A stretch of 64,000 nt of DNA from Clostridia bacterium (GCA_017441005.1 JAFSAM010000044.1:31049-95048); one strand, 5' to 3'; positions 44,482 through 53,658 are shown, numbered from the stretch's first letter. Numbers and translations are program-made. Notes: generated by a model not told the origin, from the letters alone.

Positions 44482-45972
44482 TCAGAGATAGAGTAAGGAA
44501 GAACGAACCTTCTTGTATTTTTCGTACTTTTCTGCGTAGATTGAAGCAAATTTATCGTCGGGGTATACGGTATCGCCGTAAACAACGAACTTGGAAGCAG
44601 CTTCGTGAAGGTCTTTATATTTTCCGAGTGTGACTGCCGCGAGCATAGCACAGCCTGCCGCACCCGCCTCGTCTGTAACGAGAGGTGTGATAGGACGCTT
44701 GAGGATATCTGCTTTGATTCTGAGCCAAATGGGGGATGTAGCACCGCCGCCGGTAGCCTTGAGGCTGTCTACCTTAATTCCGAATCTTTCGAGAGTTTCA
44801 AGGTTGTACGCCATTTCGTATGTAAGACCTTCCATAAATGCACGGTAGATATCGGGCAAGCCCTTTGCCATATCAAGACCGGTGATCGTACCCTTTGCGT
44901 TAGCTACAAGGTCGGGAGTACCGCCGGCACCCATAAAATGGGGAACAACGATTACCGAAGAAGGCTCTGTAGCGCAGTTCTCGTCAAGGATTCTGTATAC
45001 CGAAACGCCTCTCTGTGCGGCTTCGGGCTTGAGGTTTGACGCAAAGCAGTCTCTGAACCATTTGAGCGAAACACCGCCCGCGAAGTTGAATGCATAGGTT
45101 GCATAGAGGTCTTCGCCTGCGGGATGTGGAACGCATACGAAATTGTTGTTTGTGAATTCGGGGTTTCTTACGATGCCGCGGAATACGGGAGTGATACATT
45201 CGACAGAGCCTGTACCGTCGACGGCTTCACCCTCGTTAAGCACGCCTGCACCGAGTGCAGCAGCAACCTGGTCGTGTGCAGAGATGACAACCTTTGTGGA
45301 TGTGGGAAGACCGAGCTCTCTTGCAAGAGAGGGTATCATTTCGCCTACAACGCTTCCGCAGGGAACGGGTGTCGAGAAGAGATCGGGAGAAAGACCTGCC
45401 GCGTCAAGGATCTCTTTAGAAATACAACGGTTTTCAACGTCAAACGTAAGGGAACGGCAAGCCAAGCTGTAGTTGATCTTAGCTTCGCCCGAAAGCTTAT
45501 ATGCGATATAGTCACCGATAAGCAAGAATTTCCAAACGTTGTTTCTGACCTCGGGAATATTTTCCATAGACCAGATAACTTTAGGAAGAGAATACATAGC
45601 ATCCGGCTTGTCGCAGGTGATATGCATTATTTTTTCCTTGCCGAGCTTGTCGATAAGTCTGTCGGTTTCGGCGAGACCTCTCTTGTCGGTATACATAATG
45701 ATGTTTGAAAGAGCATTTCCGTCCTTGTCGACGGGAACAAAGGATTCACCGAAAGAGGTAATGGAAATAGCACCGACCTCGTCTGCCTTAATGTTTGCCG
45801 CACATCCCTTGATCACCTCAAGAACAGAAGAAAACATTTCATTCGGGTTCATATCAGCTTGTCCGGCTCTGGTGGTGTATTCCTTGTAGCATTTGTAAAG
45901 GAATTTTCCTTCTTCGGAAAAGGCAACGCATTTACAGCCGCTGCTTCCGACATCAAGACCTAAAAAAATCAT
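44482..45972 (-). CDS. FGGY-family carbohydrate kinase (xylulokinase or glycerol-kinase-like; substrate unknown)
   Basis: 496 aa. MIFLGLDVGSSGCKCVAF (the N-terminal phosphate-1 motif of the FGGY/actin-fold kinases) and the C-terminal ATGGGATSPIWLRIKADIL motif. Confidence 0.85.
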   Translation of the reverse strand: MIFLGLDVGSSGCKCVAFSEEGKFLYKCYKEYTTRAGQADMNPNEMFSSVLEVIKGCAANIKADEVGAISITSFGESFVPVDKDGNALSNIIMYTDKRGLAETDRLIDKLGKEKIMHITCDKPDAMYSLPKVIWSMENIPEVRNNVWKFLLIGDYIAYKLSGEAKINYSLACRSLTFDVENRCISKEILDAAGLSPDLFSTPVPCGSVVGEMIPSLARELGLPTSTKVVISAHDQVAAALGAGVLNEGEAVDGTGSVECITPVFRGIVRNPEFTNNNFVCVPHPAGEDLYATYAFNFAGGVSLKWFRDCFASNLKPEAAQRGVSVYRILDENCATEPSSVIVVPHFMGAGGTPDLVANAKGTITGLDMAKGLPDIYRAFMEGLTYEMAYNLETLERFGIKVDSLKATGGGATSPIWLRIKADILKRPITPLVTDEAGAAGCAMLAAVTLGKYKDLHEAASKFVVYGDTVYPDDKFASIYAEKYEKYKKVRSSLLYL

Positions 45973-46018
45973 ATCTTAATCTCCTAAAATTATTAGAATT
46001 AAAACTTTATTTATACTA

Positions 46019-46047
46019 ATTATAATTATTTTACGTTAAGTTGTCAA
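46019..46047 (-). promoter_or_regulatory. Consensus promoter of the FGGY kinase gene
   Basis: Minus-strand reading is TTGACA (46047..46042), 17 nt, TATAAT (46024..46019). Both hexamers are perfect. Confidence 0.7.
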
Positions 46048-46052
46048 CGGAT

Positions 46053-48221
46053 TTAACACCAAAATTCAAACAAACGTTCAAACGAGAGGAATGCATCCTG
46101 TAAATATCCCGATTTGCTGAGATAATCATAGATCAGAGCAGAATTTATGAGAATAGCAGATGCTGCCGAATAAACGAAAAATGCAGTGATAAATGTTTTT
46201 GCAAAGCCGTTTTCTGACAGCTTATATTTTTCGTAAAGGAAGAAAATGATAATCATTCCTCCGAGTATGAACTGCCACGAAAAGTCAGCGGCGTATCTTA
46301 CTCCGTAACCGCTTTCCCATATTGAGAAAATGATGACAAGGGGGCAAAGGATGCATACGGAAAGAAGGAGGAGCGAGGGGATAAGTCTTTTCTTTTTGTC
46401 TGCTTTTTTATATGCAAGAGGAGCGAGGAAGAGACCGAGCGAGGGGATTGCTCTGTAGAACAGACCGATGGCATTTCTGTTTGCGATAAAGTAGTATCCG
46501 TTCGTGTTGAGCGAAGAAAAATTCGAGAAAATAAACGGGAATTCCGGCTTAACGTAGGGGGCGGCAAACAGGTAGTTCCAAAAACCGATAAACACAAAAT
46601 CTGTGTGATATTCCGCCCTTGTGAAGTCGTTTATGGTAAGTGAATACTGTATACCGAAATCGAAGAAATTGCCGAATCTCACGTAGTTGTAGATCATTTG
46701 TATTCCACCGATCAAGACGAATGGAATGAGTGCTGCTGAAAGAAAGGCTGTGATCGACTTTGCTTTATTCAGATTTTTTGAAATTGCCGTCGACTTCGTT
46801 TTAAATAGTCCGACCGCTATAAAGAGCAGGGCAGCAACGCAATACACTGCAAGCGTCGGACGGCAAAGAACCGCCAAGGCAAGACAGGTCGAAGACAAGC
46901 AAATGTGCCGCTTGTATATCTTGCCTTCGGAAATAACGTTGGATTTTATGAGGAAATAGAAGCCCATGCAGGTAAACGCAAAGCCGGAGCTCTGGGCGAT
47001 CTCATAAAAGAGCGGAGATGCAAAGCAGTAGTAGACAGCACTCGAAAACTGAATGACCAAGAGGGAAGATACAGCTACGCTGAGAGGCAAACGGGGGAAG
47101 AATTTTTTGATAAATTCATAGAACAAAAGCGAAAGAAAGGCAATTCCGATCATACCGAATATCATAACGGCTTCGGGGGTGGAAAAATAGTATCCGGTGA
47201 GAAGGTTAAAAGGTAAAAACAGGAGCAAAACCGGTGCTATACCGTAATATGAATAGTATTTTCCATCAAAAAGGAGGTGATCCCACTTGTAGCTCAAGCC
47301 TTCTGCTATTCTTGCGCCCCAATCATAGGGGTTGTCCATTTCGAGCAGGTTTTGCGGCGGGGTATCAAGGAGTGTGACCCGGCCGTTTTTGAAGGCATCG
47401 ACAAGCTCTTGGCTTATCTGATTACCGCTCGTTTGGGCAAGGCTGTTGAACAGAATTCCGCTTTTATTGTAATTGTACAGAACTGTAATGAATACTGCAA
47501 AGGCAAGCATTATTCCCGTTATAACAAATGTTGAGTAGGCGAAAGCTCCCGATTGTTCTTCGACTGTTGATTGCATGGTTTTGGTATTCAACAGCAGATA
47601 CATCATAAAGACCAGTGAGAATATCAGAATTGCTCTGAAAGCGGAAATGTCGAGAGGAACGTGGGAGTTAGCCGTGATTCCGTTGACCGAAAAATAACAG
47701 CCCTCGTCAGCTGACAAAGTAACGCGAAGATCGCTTACCTTACCCGACATATTAAGGATAACGGTTTTGGTTTTTTCGTCATTTCTTATGATTACACCGT
47801 CAGCCGTACCGTATCTGTAATCGGCAGAATAGGTCTCGTCTTTTGCATCGATTTTTACGTTTACAAGGTTTGTTTTCTTTGTTCTTATTTCGAAATCTTC
47901 AAGATATGCCGAGTCGTGAAGAGTGCAATCAATATAAAGTGTGCCGATTCTTTGATCAACGTTTTTAAAGCTGATCGTGGTTTTGTTTATAAAATTTAAC
48001 GACTCTGTAGAATACTGCGCATTTGCAAGAGAGAGTGATTTTTCTTCGTAGTTGCCAAAGCACAGATGATATGAGTGATAGTTAAAAATGAAAACTTCCG
48101 CAAAAACACAAACAGACAGTAATATAACACCGAACTTTTTTGTTTTTTTGCTTAACGGGATGAGCATGATTCCGAGTCCCACGAGTAATATTACCAAAAA
48201 ATTTATCAGAGCATTTCCCAT
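46053..48221 (-). CDS. Large polytopic membrane protein, GT-C-like glycosyltransferase candidate (PMT/ArnT-like)
   Basis: Track ORF runs to 48224 (GTG). ATG 48221 lies 7 nt after GGAGGA. About 722 aa: 2 N-terminal TMs, a roughly 130-aa extracytoplasmic beta-like insert, then at least 10 TMs. The loop motif DNPYDWGARIAEGLSYKWDHLLFDGKYYSYYGIAPVL is reminiscent of first-loop acidic motifs of GT-C enzymes. The assignment is tentative. Confidence 0.45.
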   Translation of the reverse strand: MGNALINFLVILLVGLGIMLIPLSKKTKKFGVILLSVCVFAEVFIFNYHSYHLCFGNYEEKSLSLANAQYSTESLNFINKTTISFKNVDQRIGTLYIDCTLHDSAYLEDFEIRTKKTNLVNVKIDAKDETYSADYRYGTADGVIIRNDEKTKTVILNMSGKVSDLRVTLSADEGCYFSVNGITANSHVPLDISAFRAILIFSLVFMMYLLLNTKTMQSTVEEQSGAFAYSTFVITGIMLAFAVFITVLYNYNKSGILFNSLAQTSGNQISQELVDAFKNGRVTLLDTPPQNLLEMDNPYDWGARIAEGLSYKWDHLLFDGKYYSYYGIAPVLLLFLPFNLLTGYYFSTPEAVMIFGMIGIAFLSLLFYEFIKKFFPRLPLSVAVSSLLVIQFSSAVYYCFASPLFYEIAQSSGFAFTCMGFYFLIKSNVISEGKIYKRHICLSSTCLALAVLCRPTLAVYCVAALLFIAVGLFKTKSTAISKNLNKAKSITAFLSAALIPFVLIGGIQMIYNYVRFGNFFDFGIQYSLTINDFTRAEYHTDFVFIGFWNYLFAAPYVKPEFPFIFSNFSSLNTNGYYFIANRNAIGLFYRAIPSLGLFLAPLAYKKADKKKRLIPSLLLLSVCILCPLVIIFSIWESGYGVRYAADFSWQFILGGMIIIFFLYEKYKLSENGFAKTFITAFFVYSAASAILINSALIYDYLSKSGYLQDAFLSFERLFEFWC

Positions 48222-48258
48222 CACAGGTCCTCCGTTTAATCAATATACTTGGAAAAAT

Positions 48259-48287
48259 ATTATACCATACAATGAGTAAAAAAACAA
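48259..48287 (-). promoter_or_regulatory. Promoter of the GT-C-like gene
   Basis: Minus-strand reading is TTGTTT (48287..48282), 17 nt, TGg-TATAAT (extended -10; -10 at 48264..48259). Confidence 0.55.
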
Positions 48288-48313
48288 CCGATGCCCCTAA
48301 AAAACATCGGCTG
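48278..48313 (-). terminator. Terminator after the ATP-grasp gene
   Basis: Minus sense: CAGCCGATG-TTTTTTAGGGG-CATCGGTTG followed by TTTTTTT. Confidence 0.65.
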
Positions 48314-48321
48314 ATTGTCTG

Positions 48322-49554
48322 TTATTTCTTTTTGAAATAATACTTTTTGAAGTTTTTGTATTGTCCGAAGTAGTAGCGCTTGATCTTAAGCCAGCGTTTG
48401 AGGTTAAAATCCTCTTTGCAGTCAAGCGTGCGCATATATTTTTTTTGCTTGATGAGCGATTTGATTTCTTTTTTCAATTCTTCGTCTTCAACGTACTTGA
48501 ACACAACGCATTTTGGTACGTTTGCCCAAAGGGCAATGTTTTCGTTGAAAACACAGGAATATTCTTTTCCGTAAACCGCATCGTCGACAAGTGTTTGCAT
48601 AAGATTAAGTCCCGCACTTCTGACAAAGAATGAGCTTCTTCCGGGACGGGGATTTATCTCCATCATATAGTATTTTTTTCTTGTCCGGTCATACTTCATA
48701 TCGATGTTTGAAAAGCCGATATAACCGATATCTTCAAGAAATTTCTTGATTTTATTATAGAGCTCGATGTCTCCTCTCGAAACGATCGCGGCATAATTGC
48801 CGAGTGTTTTGGGGTGGTATTCCTCAAGTGCCGGCTGACCGAGACACATAAGCCTTACCTTTGCATTTGAGTCGGAATAAGAGTTCATAACGCGCATGTC
48901 GGAGTCGTCACCGGGGATGAATTCCTGAATGATAAGCTTGCCGTTATAGCCGGAATTATTCATATTCTCCATCGTTTTGACGTAGGTTTCTTTGTCGTAG
49001 AAGAAAAATACCTTCTTTTTGCCCTCGAATTCGCAGTGCAAATATTCGTATGCATTGGAGTTTTCGGGTTTAACGACGATCGGGAATCCGAACGGAAGCT
49101 TATCTATGGCAGCGATCCTGTCGTCAGGGAGAGCTATGTAGGTATGCGGATAATCCATTCCGTGCTTTTCACACAGAGCGTAGAACTTGTCTTTTGTGTC
49201 AAGCGTGTCAAGCAGCTCGGGAGAGATAAACTTGTTTTCGATCAATCCCTCAAATTTATCGTAATGCCTTGACATAAGCGCGCTGTAATAGTCGGAGCAG
49301 GGGATTACTATAAGTTTATCATATTTTGCCTTGTATTCCTTCAAAACTGCAAGTAACGCCGATGGAAATACGGAATCCTTGTCGAAATCTTCTATCTTTT
49401 TTATTGTGAAAAGACTGCTGTTTGACGTAGGAACAAGCTGACGTGTGCAGCAAAGGAGGGGCTTGATCTTATAGACTTCGTTAAAAAGTCTTGCTTGACC
49501 GTATGCATTTTCATCGCTTCCGAGGACGATCGGAAGAAAAGTTGTATTTGTCAT
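48322..49554 (-). CDS. ATP-grasp carboxylate-amine ligase (COG3919-like; candidate stem-peptide or cross-bridge amino-acid ligase)
   Basis: 410 aa. MTNTTFLPIVLGSDENAYGQARLFNEVY (N-terminal pre-ATP-grasp), FPIVVKPENS, IIQEFIPGDDS, MMEINPRPGRSSFF (ATP-grasp Mg/ATP motifs). Confidence 0.75.
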   Translation of the reverse strand: MTNTTFLPIVLGSDENAYGQARLFNEVYKIKPLLCCTRQLVPTSNSSLFTIKKIEDFDKDSVFPSALLAVLKEYKAKYDKLIVIPCSDYYSALMSRHYDKFEGLIENKFISPELLDTLDTKDKFYALCEKHGMDYPHTYIALPDDRIAAIDKLPFGFPIVVKPENSNAYEYLHCEFEGKKKVFFFYDKETYVKTMENMNNSGYNGKLIIQEFIPGDDSDMRVMNSYSDSNAKVRLMCLGQPALEEYHPKTLGNYAAIVSRGDIELYNKIKKFLEDIGYIGFSNIDMKYDRTRKKYYMMEINPRPGRSSFFVRSAGLNLMQTLVDDAVYGKEYSCVFNENIALWANVPKCVVFKYVEDEELKKEIKSLIKQKKYMRTLDCKEDFNLKRWLKIKRYYFGQYKNFKKYYFKKK

Positions 49555-49569
49555 TATGTCAACCTCGTT

Positions 49570-51423
49570 TTATCTTAAAACAAAATACTGCTCATACCAG
49601 AGAAGGAATGAATAGACTGTGTAGATCGCTCTTGCGTTATTGGCTTTTCCTTCAAGATGATCGTTGAGCATCTGATTGAGAATGTCGACGTTAAAGAATT
49701 CCTTGGCATAATCCGCACTGAATTGCTTTTTGACTTTGTCGCCGTATTTTGCATCGCGTATCCATACTCTGAAGGGAACCATAAAGCCCGCCTTCTTTCT
49801 GTTTGCCCATTCGGTGGGAATGTGAGACAAAGCAGCTTTTCTAAAGGCTCTTTTAGTGTGTCTGCCCTTCATCTTTTGTTTTGATGTTAGCGTTTTTGCG
49901 ACGTTCCAGACCTCTCTGTCAAGGTAGGGGACACGTGCTTCAAGAGAGTGAGCCATTGTCATCTTATCGGCTTTGAGCAGAATATCGTAGGGAAGCCAGA
50001 GATGCATATCAAGATACATTTTCTTTGTGAGGTCGTCACATCTCTTTACCTTCTCGTAATAGGGGGCTGTAACGTCCTTATAGGAGAGACTGCTCTTGTA
50101 TCTGTCATTTGTTATTTTGTCGGCTTGTTCGTCGTTCATGATAAACGCCTGGCCGATGTATGTGTCTTCCACTCTTTTTGCGTTTGTTGTAAAGAATGTT
50201 CTGATGTGTCTCTGAGGAAATTTGCCGAAGAGCTTTGCCAGACCTTTGCGGAAGGAAAGGGGAAGCTTTTGATAGATTTTTGAGGGCGTGCTTTGAATGT
50301 ACCAGTCATAGCCGCCGAACAGCTCATCGGCACCCTCGCCCGAAAGAACGACCTTTACGTCTTCTGCGGCAAGCGATGAGAGATAGTAAAGAGGAACAGC
50401 GGAAAGATTTGCATGAGGCTCGTCGGAATGATACTGAACATAGGGGAGGGCATCGAAAAATTCGTCGGGAGTGATTTCTTTGATCTTATTCGGTATATTT
50501 AGTATCTTGCAGAGATCTGCTGCAAGATTAGTCTCGTCAAAGCCTTCAATTTGGAATCCTACGGAATAGGTCTTCATAGGCTTGATCCTGCCTTTTCTGA
50601 CGGTTGACGCAACGTAGCTCGAGTCAACGCCGCCCGAAAGGAATGAGCCTACCTCGACGTCTGCGATCTGGTGGTATTCAACCGAGGAAAGCACTGTTTC
50701 ATCAATCAGTTTTACTGCATTATCAAAGGAGCGCTTCTCGGGAGAAAACTCGGCTTCAAAATATTTTGTTTCGGTGAATTCTCCGTTTTTGTAGGTAAAA
50801 TAGCAACCCGGCGTAAGCTTAAACACGTTTTTGAAAATACACTCTTTCGTGGGGGTATACTGGAATTCCAGATACATCTTCAAGGCATCGGGATTTACCT
50901 CTTTTTTAAAGTGGGGGTGGGGAAGAAAGGATTTGATTTCGGATCCGAAAATAAGTGTTCCGTCAAATACACCGTAATAGAAGGGTTTGATTCCGAAATA
51001 GTCTCTTGCACCGTAAAGCGTATGCTCCTGCTTATCGTAGATGACAAATGCGAACATACCGCGAAGCATAGATGCAGTCTTTTCGCCGTAGACTGTATAT
51101 GTATTCAAGATGACCTCGGTGTCGGAGTTTGTTGAGAATACGCAGCCGTTTTCATCGATAAGTTTTTGGCGTATTTCTCTGTAATTGTATATTTCGCCGT
51201 TAAAAACTATCACGTATCTGCCGTCAGCCGAATGAATAGGCTGGTCACCGCCCTTGAGGTCGATGATGCTGAGCCTTCTGAAGCCGAGGGCAACAAAATC
51301 ATCAACAAAGCTTCCGGCGCTGTCGGGACCGCGATGGATGATAGTATCACTCATTTTTTCTATGAGCTCATTTCTGTTTATTAATTCAGTATTATTTGAG
51401 AAAAAACCGGTAAAACCGCACAT
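49570..51423 (-). CDS. asnB: Asparagine synthase (glutamine-hydrolysing) family amidotransferase
   Basis: 617 aa. N-terminal MCGFTGF (Ntn Cys2) and the PP-loop SFLSGGVDSS. Confidence 0.9.
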   Translation of the reverse strand: MCGFTGFFSNNTELINRNELIEKMSDTIIHRGPDSAGSFVDDFVALGFRRLSIIDLKGGDQPIHSADGRYVIVFNGEIYNYREIRQKLIDENGCVFSTNSDTEVILNTYTVYGEKTASMLRGMFAFVIYDKQEHTLYGARDYFGIKPFYYGVFDGTLIFGSEIKSFLPHPHFKKEVNPDALKMYLEFQYTPTKECIFKNVFKLTPGCYFTYKNGEFTETKYFEAEFSPEKRSFDNAVKLIDETVLSSVEYHQIADVEVGSFLSGGVDSSYVASTVRKGRIKPMKTYSVGFQIEGFDETNLAADLCKILNIPNKIKEITPDEFFDALPYVQYHSDEPHANLSAVPLYYLSSLAAEDVKVVLSGEGADELFGGYDWYIQSTPSKIYQKLPLSFRKGLAKLFGKFPQRHIRTFFTTNAKRVEDTYIGQAFIMNDEQADKITNDRYKSSLSYKDVTAPYYEKVKRCDDLTKKMYLDMHLWLPYDILLKADKMTMAHSLEARVPYLDREVWNVAKTLTSKQKMKGRHTKRAFRKAALSHIPTEWANRKKAGFMVPFRVWIRDAKYGDKVKKQFSADYAKEFFNVDILNQMLNDHLEGKANNARAIYTVYSFLLWYEQYFVLR

Positions 51424-51449
51424 AGTTTTATGTGTCCTTTCGAGTTTGA

Positions 51450-52973
51450 TCAGTGTATTTTTGTAGCCTTTTCGGCAAGTTCGTCATATTCTTTCAGTAT
51501 GTCGATCGATAGCTGTGCATCGGTCGGGCAGTCTTCGTAAACAAGACCTCGTTTTAGTCTTGTCTCCTCTCCTTTACCCGTGAAAAGAATAACCTTTTTT
51601 TCAGCCTTGAAGCCGAAAACGGCATCCTTGATGGCTTGTCCGCGGTCTTCGATCATGGAATATGGGCATTCTTTTATGTTTGATGCAATGTCGGAAGCAA
51701 TGTCGGAAAAAGGCTCTTCGCCCGAATCCTCTTCGGTGATTACGATGTAATCGGAATGAGCATCAGCCTCCTCGGCAAGATCTTTTCTGCGGAGGTGAGC
51801 CTTGCATCCCGGACAGCCGAATACAGATACGACACTGTATCCGGGGTACTCGATACCAACCGTGTTGTAAAGTGCATTGAAACTCATTTTATTGTGTGCA
51901 TAGTCAACGATTATGGCGATGTTCTTGTCTTTGCTGGTATAGACCTGCATTCTTCCGCTTACCCTTGCGTTAGAAAGCCCCTCGGAAATGTATTTTTCGT
52001 CGATCCCGAGAATGTGGCAGACGGCAATGGCGGCAAGCGCATTGGAAACGTTGAAGATTCCGGGCATCGTGATACACATTTCTTTTTCAAACTTGGGTGT
52101 CTTTACGTTGAAATAAAATCCGTTGCCCCTTTTTTCTATCGAACTGCAGTATATTGTATCGTCGGGACTTGTGCCGTAGGTGATTATGTTGCACTTGCCT
52201 CTGGCAGAATCAATTATTCTGTCGGAATAGTCCGAGTCGGAATTGATGACAGCGTTTTTGCATGAATTAAATATTTTTAACTTGGAAGAGAAATAGTCTT
52301 CAAAATCGCTGTGTTCGATCGGGCTTATATGGTCAGTCCCGATGTTGGTGAAAAGGGCGATGTCGAAGCATACTCCGGCAACCCTGTCGTATTTAAGTGC
52401 TTGGCTTGATATTTCGCTTACAAGGTGTGTGATACCGCTTTTGTATGCATTGTCGAAGTGCCTGTAGAACTCGACCGCCTCGGGCGTGGTTATGTGAGAT
52501 TCGAAGTCGTTTACTCCGTCATAGGTATCAATGGAAGAGATAACTGCAATACGCGGTTTGTTCATTGCTTTCATATATCGATCGAGAATTGCACGCAGAT
52601 AGTAGGTAACAGTGCTTTTTCCTTTGGTTCCCGTGATTCCGATCGACACGAGTTTTTCGGGGGCATTGTCAAAAAACAACCGTGCAAGGATCGGCATAGC
52701 TTTTCTGATATCAGAGACAAGTATGCCCTCGGGTCTGCCGTAATCTTTTTCGCTGACATAGCAAATTGCACCTCCGGAAACAGCAAAATCAAGATAGGTT
52801 TCCTTGAAATGCGCGCCTTTGCATATAAAAATTGCGTCGGAAGAAAGCTCTCTCGTGTCATAGGTCAAGCACTTTGCCTCTTTGCAAAGAGTTTCCTTTG
52901 AAAGACTGTGCGAGATAAGCAGCTTTTCTTTTTGCAAAGCACTTAAGTAATCGCCCACAATAGGGTGTTTCAT
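51450..52973 (-). CDS. Mur ligase family protein, MurE-like, with a non-canonical substrate-selectivity motif
   Basis: 507 aa. The MurE-type N-terminal domain (LTYDTRELSSDAIFICKGAHFKETYLDFAVSGGAICYVSE), the P-loop GITGTKGKST, NIGTDHISPIEH and VDYAHN are present. Where MurE has DNPR/DDPx, this protein reads ITEEDSGEEP. Confidence 0.75.
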   Translation of the reverse strand: MKHPIVGDYLSALQKEKLLISHSLSKETLCKEAKCLTYDTRELSSDAIFICKGAHFKETYLDFAVSGGAICYVSEKDYGRPEGILVSDIRKAMPILARLFFDNAPEKLVSIGITGTKGKSTVTYYLRAILDRYMKAMNKPRIAVISSIDTYDGVNDFESHITTPEAVEFYRHFDNAYKSGITHLVSEISSQALKYDRVAGVCFDIALFTNIGTDHISPIEHSDFEDYFSSKLKIFNSCKNAVINSDSDYSDRIIDSARGKCNIITYGTSPDDTIYCSSIEKRGNGFYFNVKTPKFEKEMCITMPGIFNVSNALAAIAVCHILGIDEKYISEGLSNARVSGRMQVYTSKDKNIAIIVDYAHNKMSFNALYNTVGIEYPGYSVVSVFGCPGCKAHLRRKDLAEEADAHSDYIVITEEDSGEEPFSDIASDIASNIKECPYSMIEDRGQAIKDAVFGFKAEKKVILFTGKGEETRLKRGLVYEDCPTDAQLSIDILKEYDELAEKATKIH

Positions 52974-53013
52974 GATCTTTACCTCTTCAAAAAACTAATT
53001 GTGTAAAAGAAAA

Positions 53014-53658
53014 TTATGCCTCGCCGTTTTTGCGGAGAAGTGCGATTGCGGAGGCTACGTCCTCTTTGCCGAAAACCGCAGAGCCGGCAACGATGACGTT
53101 TGCGCCCGCTTTAACAACCTCGTTTATGTTGTCGGCGTTGATTCCGCCGTCGACCTCGATGTCAAGCTCGGGCAGGAGTGCTCTCGATTCTCTGATCTTG
53201 TCAAGAGATTCCGGGATAAAGGACTGACCGCCGAATCCGGGCTCGACAGACATAATAAGAAGCATATCGAACATACCGATAAAGGGCTTCAGTGCAGTAA
53301 CGGGAGTTTTGGGCTTGATCGAAAGACCAGCTTTGATTCCGTATGATCTGATTTTCTCCAATGTTTCAGCAACGTTGTCGCAGCTTTCGAGGTGTATTGT
53401 GATTATATCAGAGCCTGCTTTTGCAAAATCGTCGACATATCGAATGGGGTCGATTATCATAAGGTGGGTGTCAAACACCATTTTGCTCTGCTTGCGGATG
53501 GACTTTTGGATGGGTGCACCGAGAGAAATGTTGGGTACAAAAACACCGTCCATAACGTCGATATGTAAGTATTCTGCGCCGCCCTTTTCGGCTCTGTCAA
53601 CGTCGAATCCGAGCTTTGAAAAGTCTGCGGAAAGAATTGAGGGTGAAATTTTTATCAT
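53014..53658 (-). CDS. rpe: Ribulose-phosphate 3-epimerase
   Basis: Track ORF is 53014..53712. ATG 53658 follows GGAGGAAACCTACC. Sequence: MIKISPSILSADFSKLGFDVDRAEKGGAEYLHIDVMDGVFVPNISLG...MSVEPGFGGQ. Confidence 0.93.
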   Translation of the reverse strand: MIKISPSILSADFSKLGFDVDRAEKGGAEYLHIDVMDGVFVPNISLGAPIQKSIRKQSKMVFDTHLMIIDPIRYVDDFAKAGSDIITIHLESCDNVAETLEKIRSYGIKAGLSIKPKTPVTALKPFIGMFDMLLIMSVEPGFGGQSFIPESLDKIRESRALLPELDIEVDGGINADNINEVVKAGANVIVAGSAVFGKEDVASAIALLRKNGEA

